From contig CP170459.1 of NCBI GenBank assembly GCA_047947115.1, positions 2,496,001 through 2,560,000 on the forward strand: a stretch of 64,000 nt of DNA, in the 5' to 3' direction. The notes under the pieces are model-generated. The model was given only the letters and a program-made list of their open reading frames with translations, was not told where the DNA came from and searched no databases. The stretch is from Verrucomicrobiota bacterium (GTDB taxonomy: Bacteria; Verrucomicrobiota; Verrucomicrobiia; Limisphaerales; AAA164-E04). Position numbers and translations under genes: made by a program. This document shows positions 60,239 to 64,000 of this stretch, piece after piece. Position 1 is the first letter of the stretch. Every line of letters starts with the position of its first letter.

Positions 60239-62044
60239 TCAGGCAATGGATTCTCGCACGCGTTGGATAATTTCTTTGATTTTATAGGTCAGGCCATCGG
60301 TTTTGTTGATGCCCTTGATCTTGGGGTCACAGTATCTGGCTCGGAGCAAGCCGGCCAGTTGACCATAGCCGTACAGGCCTTCGTCATTGATCTCCACCAC
60401 AAAGACGTGTTTGTATTTGGCGAAAATGTTTTCCAATCCGTTGGGCAGGGGGTTGATGTGGCGAATGTGCAGAGATGCCCAGTTTTCACCCTCTTTTTTG
60501 ACGCGGTCCACTGCTTCCCGAATAGGACCCTGAGTGGAGCCCCAACCCACTAGAAGGATATCACCTTCCTCACTTCCATAAACTTTTGGCTGCTCGATAG
60601 TTTCTGCGAGGGCCTGTAGTTTGCGGCGACGTTTTCCGGTCATTTCCTTGTGCAGCTTGGGTGATCCTGTGGGGTGACCCAACTCGTCGTGCTCAAGACC
60701 CGTGATGACCGGGTATTTCCCGCTTTTAATGGGAGTGCCAGGTGCCACGTGGGGGTTGATACCGTTCTCTTTTGAAAGATCGTAGGGTTTGTGATCTTCA
60801 ATCGGTGAAAGATCGGGTGCAATGTCCCTGCAGATTTCCTTCAGATTGGGTTCTTCAAAAGCCTCGATGCGAGTGGCAATAGCCTGGTCTGTCAGGATCA
60901 CGACCGGGGTACTGTAATCCTTCGCGATTTGAACCGCCTCCATGGCAGTGTAAAAAGCGTCTTCCACATTGGCCGGTGCCAAAACCACTCGTGGAGCATC
61001 TCCGTGACTGCCAAAACAAGCGATGTTCAGATCGGATTGCTCTACGTTGGTGGGCATCCCGGTGGAGGGGCCGCCTCGTTGAACGTCCACGACCACCAGC
61101 GGAACCTCCGCCATGATTCCCCAACCCAGTGCTTCGGTCTTCAGGGAAATCCCCGGTCCACTGGACCCGGTGATGGCTACTCTGCCGGCGTAACTTGCCC
61201 CGAGGGCCATCGAAATGGATGCAATTTCATCTTCACACTGGATAAATGAACCGCCGTATTTGGGGAGTTCTCTGCGAAGGAGTTCCATGATATCTGACCA
61301 CGGAGTGATCGGATAGCCGGCACCGAAGCGGACCCCTGCCGCAATTAAACCATATGCCAAGGCCTCATTGCCATTCATGACCACCTGTGTGGACTGGCGT
61401 TTGGTGCTTTCAGTGAATGCGAAGGTCTGTATCAGATCCCCGACTTCGTATTGATGGCCAGCGTTGAATGCGTTGAGCGCCGTTTCGGTGATCTTCGGAT
61501 TTTTACCTTTGAACTTCTCGGTAATCAGACCTTTCAACTTCTCCTCACCGAGGTTGAAAATACGGCAGATCAATCCCAACGCGAAAATGTTCTTCCCTTT
61601 GTCCCTCGCCGTGCCGCCAATCGCTTCGATGGTCAGGTTGCTGATGGGAATGCCCACATGGTGGTATTCCTGCTGCCATTCCTCCTTGGGGGTGACGTGG
61701 TCCGAATCATAAAGTACGATGCCCTGGTGCTTGAGGGAGGCTATATGTCCTTCGTAGGAATGCTGATAAAAAGCCAGTAGAACGTCTGCATCATCCCCGG
61801 CGCTGAGCACCTCCCCGGTGCCGATGCGGACCTGAAAAATAGAGGGACCACCTGAAATGGTGGAAGGGATGGTCATGAATGTCATGACCTCCTGCTCGCT
61901 TCGGCCTGCGAGCCTGGCAAGAAATCCTCCTATGGATTGAATGCCGTCTTGTGAGTTCCCCGCGATGCGGATGACTGCCTCTGATATGTTCGAATTATTT
62001 GTCTGTCCGCCTGCTTTAGGAGCGGTTGAAATGGAATCACTCAT
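60239..62044 (-). CDS. korA: 2-oxoacid:ferredoxin oxidoreductase alpha subunit (gamma-alpha fusion)
   Basis: IRIAG.SQDGI, MNGNEA, GYPITP, QCEDEIAS, SSGPG, QRGGPSTGMPT..EQSD, GWGST. Substrate specificity cannot be determined from motifs. Confidence 0.92.
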   Translation of the reverse strand: MSDSISTAPKAGGQTNNSNISEAVIRIAGNSQDGIQSIGGFLARLAGRSEQEVMTFMTIPSTISGGPSIFQVRIGTGEVLSAGDDADVLLAFYQHSYEGHIASLKHQGIVLYDSDHVTPKEEWQQEYHHVGIPISNLTIEAIGGTARDKGKNIFALGLICRIFNLGEEKLKGLITEKFKGKNPKITETALNAFNAGHQYEVGDLIQTFAFTESTKRQSTQVVMNGNEALAYGLIAAGVRFGAGYPITPWSDIMELLRRELPKYGGSFIQCEDEIASISMALGASYAGRVAITGSSGPGISLKTEALGWGIMAEVPLVVVDVQRGGPSTGMPTNVEQSDLNIACFGSHGDAPRVVLAPANVEDAFYTAMEAVQIAKDYSTPVVILTDQAIATRIEAFEEPNLKEICRDIAPDLSPIEDHKPYDLSKENGINPHVAPGTPIKSGKYPVITGLEHDELGHPTGSPKLHKEMTGKRRRKLQALAETIEQPKVYGSEEGDILLVGWGSTQGPIREAVDRVKKEGENWASLHIRHINPLPNGLENIFAKYKHVFVVEINDEGLYGYGQLAGLLRARYCDPKIKGINKTDGLTYKIKEIIQRVRESIA

Positions 62045-62125
62045 TCAGTAATTGGTTCCCATTAACGATTCTGATGGTAAAATTGAGTACTGCAGCCGTT
62101 GATGAATCCGGTCGCATCAACGCCC

Positions 62126-62154
62126 AAAGTAGGGCTGTGTATCGTGACTGTCAA
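62126..62154 (-). promoter_or_regulatory. Candidate sigma70 promoter of the korAB-fmdB operon
   Basis: Minus strand TTGACA - 17 nt - TACTTT, about 80 nt upstream of the korA ATG. Confidence 0.6.
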
Positions 62155-62267
62155 ACGATTATGGGGGTTACAGGAAGATTATTTTGAAATAAGTCAATCA
62201 CGTCAGGCAGACCATTTCGATTGAGATTAGCGATTCTTATTTTTCCGGTGATACGTTTAAGGAAATG

Positions 62268-63050
62268 TCACCAAGCTCCCTCATCAAACTGCCGCAGACA
62301 CTCAAGAACCCCGTCTCCTGCAGGTTGTGAGGCAATCTTTCCTTCATGCCTCATGACATGTTCCATGACAGCTGGAATAGAGTTCCCTGGCGCGATCAGG
62401 TGTTGAGCAACATTAGGATGCAACATCGGAATATCGTTAAAATGGTCTCCTGCAACAAGTATTTGGTCTTTGCTTATCTGGTGTCTTTTGGCAATTTCTC
62501 CAACCAGGGTGCCTTTATGGATGGAGGCATGGCTGAATCTGGCGTAAATATCGTTGCGAACCCAGGCAAGATCGGTGTGCGCCCTGAGCTTTTCGTCAAC
62601 AAATCGATGAATCAAATCCGCATCCTCATTGCATCGCGCAATCAGGCAGACGGGAGAATGTTTGTCCTCATAAACATGCGCATCAAATTCACCATTGATC
62701 CATTCGCTGACTTCAAGCATCAGGCTGGAATACTTATTAAATAGTGCTGTGTGAATGGACTTTGAATGGCTGTTCCAGTCGTGGACGGGATGGTATGCAT
62801 TGGATTGGAGTGTATACACCTCACGCTCAACCACTCCTATATAATCGGGAAGTAGTCCTTCGTTGTGTTCCAACAGGCTTTCGAGCAGGAATTCACGGTC
62901 ACGACCCGTGTTAATCATCCATAAAGTGCCGTTTTGCTGCATAGAACCGATGCAATCGATCAGGCCCGACGGTATGCGGGGTGACATGGTTTCGGAATAT
63001 AACGTGCCGTCAAAATCCGTGCACAATAGTCGGATGTTCTTCAAGCTCAT
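62268..63050 (-). CDS. HAD-superfamily IIB hydrolase (Cof/sucrose-phosphatase-like)
   Basis: LLCTDFDGT (motif I), NTGR, HKG, AGDHFND (motif IV). Start taken at MSLKN; ORF open to 63116. Confidence 0.88.
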   Translation of the reverse strand: MSLKNIRLLCTDFDGTLYSETMSPRIPSGLIDCIGSMQQNGTLWMINTGRDREFLLESLLEHNEGLLPDYIGVVEREVYTLQSNAYHPVHDWNSHSKSIHTALFNKYSSLMLEVSEWINGEFDAHVYEDKHSPVCLIARCNEDADLIHRFVDEKLRAHTDLAWVRNDIYARFSHASIHKGTLVGEIAKRHQISKDQILVAGDHFNDIPMLHPNVAQHLIAPGNSIPAVMEHVMRHEGKIASQPAGDGVLECLRQFDEGAW

Positions 63051-63427
63051 GATGTAGTTGGTGTCAGCGTCATGTTGCATCCATTCCAGGGAATTGGTTT
63101 TGCTCCAATCACTCAAGCCGAATCAATGTAAAGAAATGGGGATGAGTTGTCGATGGTTTCCCCCATTACCTGCGGTTGCTTCAAAATAACCACCGGGTTC
63201 CGGTCCTTTGCGACCTCCGGATTTAGGATGGGCACTTGTGGTATTCCACAACACGTAAGGGTTGCATTCATTCTCCTCATTCATTCCCTTCTACAGAAAC
63301 GATACTCCTACCACCCAAAGTATCCGCTTCGGAATGGAAGATTGGATCCCTTGGGTGCTTTCGGCAGAAGGTGCCCGTCGAGCGTGAACTGAAAATCGGT
63401 AGGTGGCGCCGGATAATCATCTCGCTG

Positions 63428-63640
63428 GTGCAAAGTGCATCAGGGGGGGGTAATGAGCGAGCGAGACAGGTGGCAATCAATCGCAATACCACGTTAAATG
63501 AGCTGTTCAGAGATTGGTTGGAGCAACTCGGCGAAGGTGCCTTGCGTGAACAGTCCTATCGACAGCAGATGGAACGGTTTAAGGGCCGGGTTCAGGGTGG
63601 GGGCCGCACATTTACCTGAGAGGAGATGAATGAGGGTTGA
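63428..63640 (+). pseudogene. Degraded antitoxin (VapB-like) with premature stop
   Basis: ERARQVAINRNTTLNELFRDWL...GRTFT*EEMNEG*. TGA at 63617 interrupts the typical FTREEMNE ending; no convincing N-terminus. Confidence 0.65.
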
Positions 63641-64000
63641 GTATTTTTTGGATACGAACAATTTGATCTACTCCTTTGATGAAAAAGCGCCGGAAAAACA
63701 AGAACGATCCCAGATGCTCATCGAGAAAGCATTGCGGACCGGATGCGGTGCGATCAGTTGGCAAGTGGTGCAGGAATTCTTAAACGTTGCCAGACATAAG
63801 TGGGAACATCCGATGTCCGCCAACGAGGCTGTCGAATTTTTAGGGAGTGTGTTGAAACCGCTTTGTTTCGTTTTTCCTACCGCCACCCTTTGGCGGGCTG
63901 CCCTTTCTTTTCAGCTCGAAAGCCAATATCGGTTCTACGACAGTCTGCTAGTTGCTTTCGCTCTGCAGAGCGGAGCCCACATTCTTTAAAGCGAGGCCCA
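63630..64000 (+). pseudogene. PIN-domain (VapC-like) toxin with premature stop
   Basis: FLDTN, ISWQVVQEF, FYDSLLV. TAA at 63987 gives IL*SEA where LYSED is expected. Confidence 0.75.

Noticed and set aside
62097..62122. FNR-like site TTGAT...ATCAA upstream of korA
   Set aside because: Half-sites are 12 nt apart rather than 4, so it is not a canonical FNR box.

Overview
Bacterial chromosomal segment of moderate GC, most consistent with a PVC-superphylum organism, probably Verrucomicrobiota. This is inferred from the PSD1/DUF1501 pair, the DUF4159-MoxR-DUF58-BatA cluster and a PA14/Ig/LamG giant protein with a Verrucomicrobia-type C-terminal tail. All calls come from reading motifs by eye; no searches were run. 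Housekeeping genes are prfC, accA, a CPD photolyase, addAB, gyrBA and a 2-oxoacid:ferredoxin oxidoreductase alpha/beta pair. The main accessory candidate is a four-gene amide-ligase/hydrolase operon at 16775-21891 (GNAT-nitrilase fusion, C39-like cysteine peptidase, RLAN-RimK ATP-grasp ligase, GCS2-type ligase) whose product is unknown. Other accessory features are a GH13+GH133 debranching-enzyme fusion, a Cx5R phosphatase/cytochrome c' fusion, a DoxX/di-haem cytochrome pair, a TMEM260-like DUF2723 protein and a doubly inactivated PIN toxin-antitoxin pair at the right edge. Non-coding structure includes a tandem array of three 219-240 bp GTAG-ended REP/REPIN-like units with a fourth dispersed copy, and a second REP family. 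A 9-bp-unit repeat forms a perfect hairpin after prfC and also sits in-frame inside addA. No rRNA, tRNA, CRISPR array or transposase was recognised.
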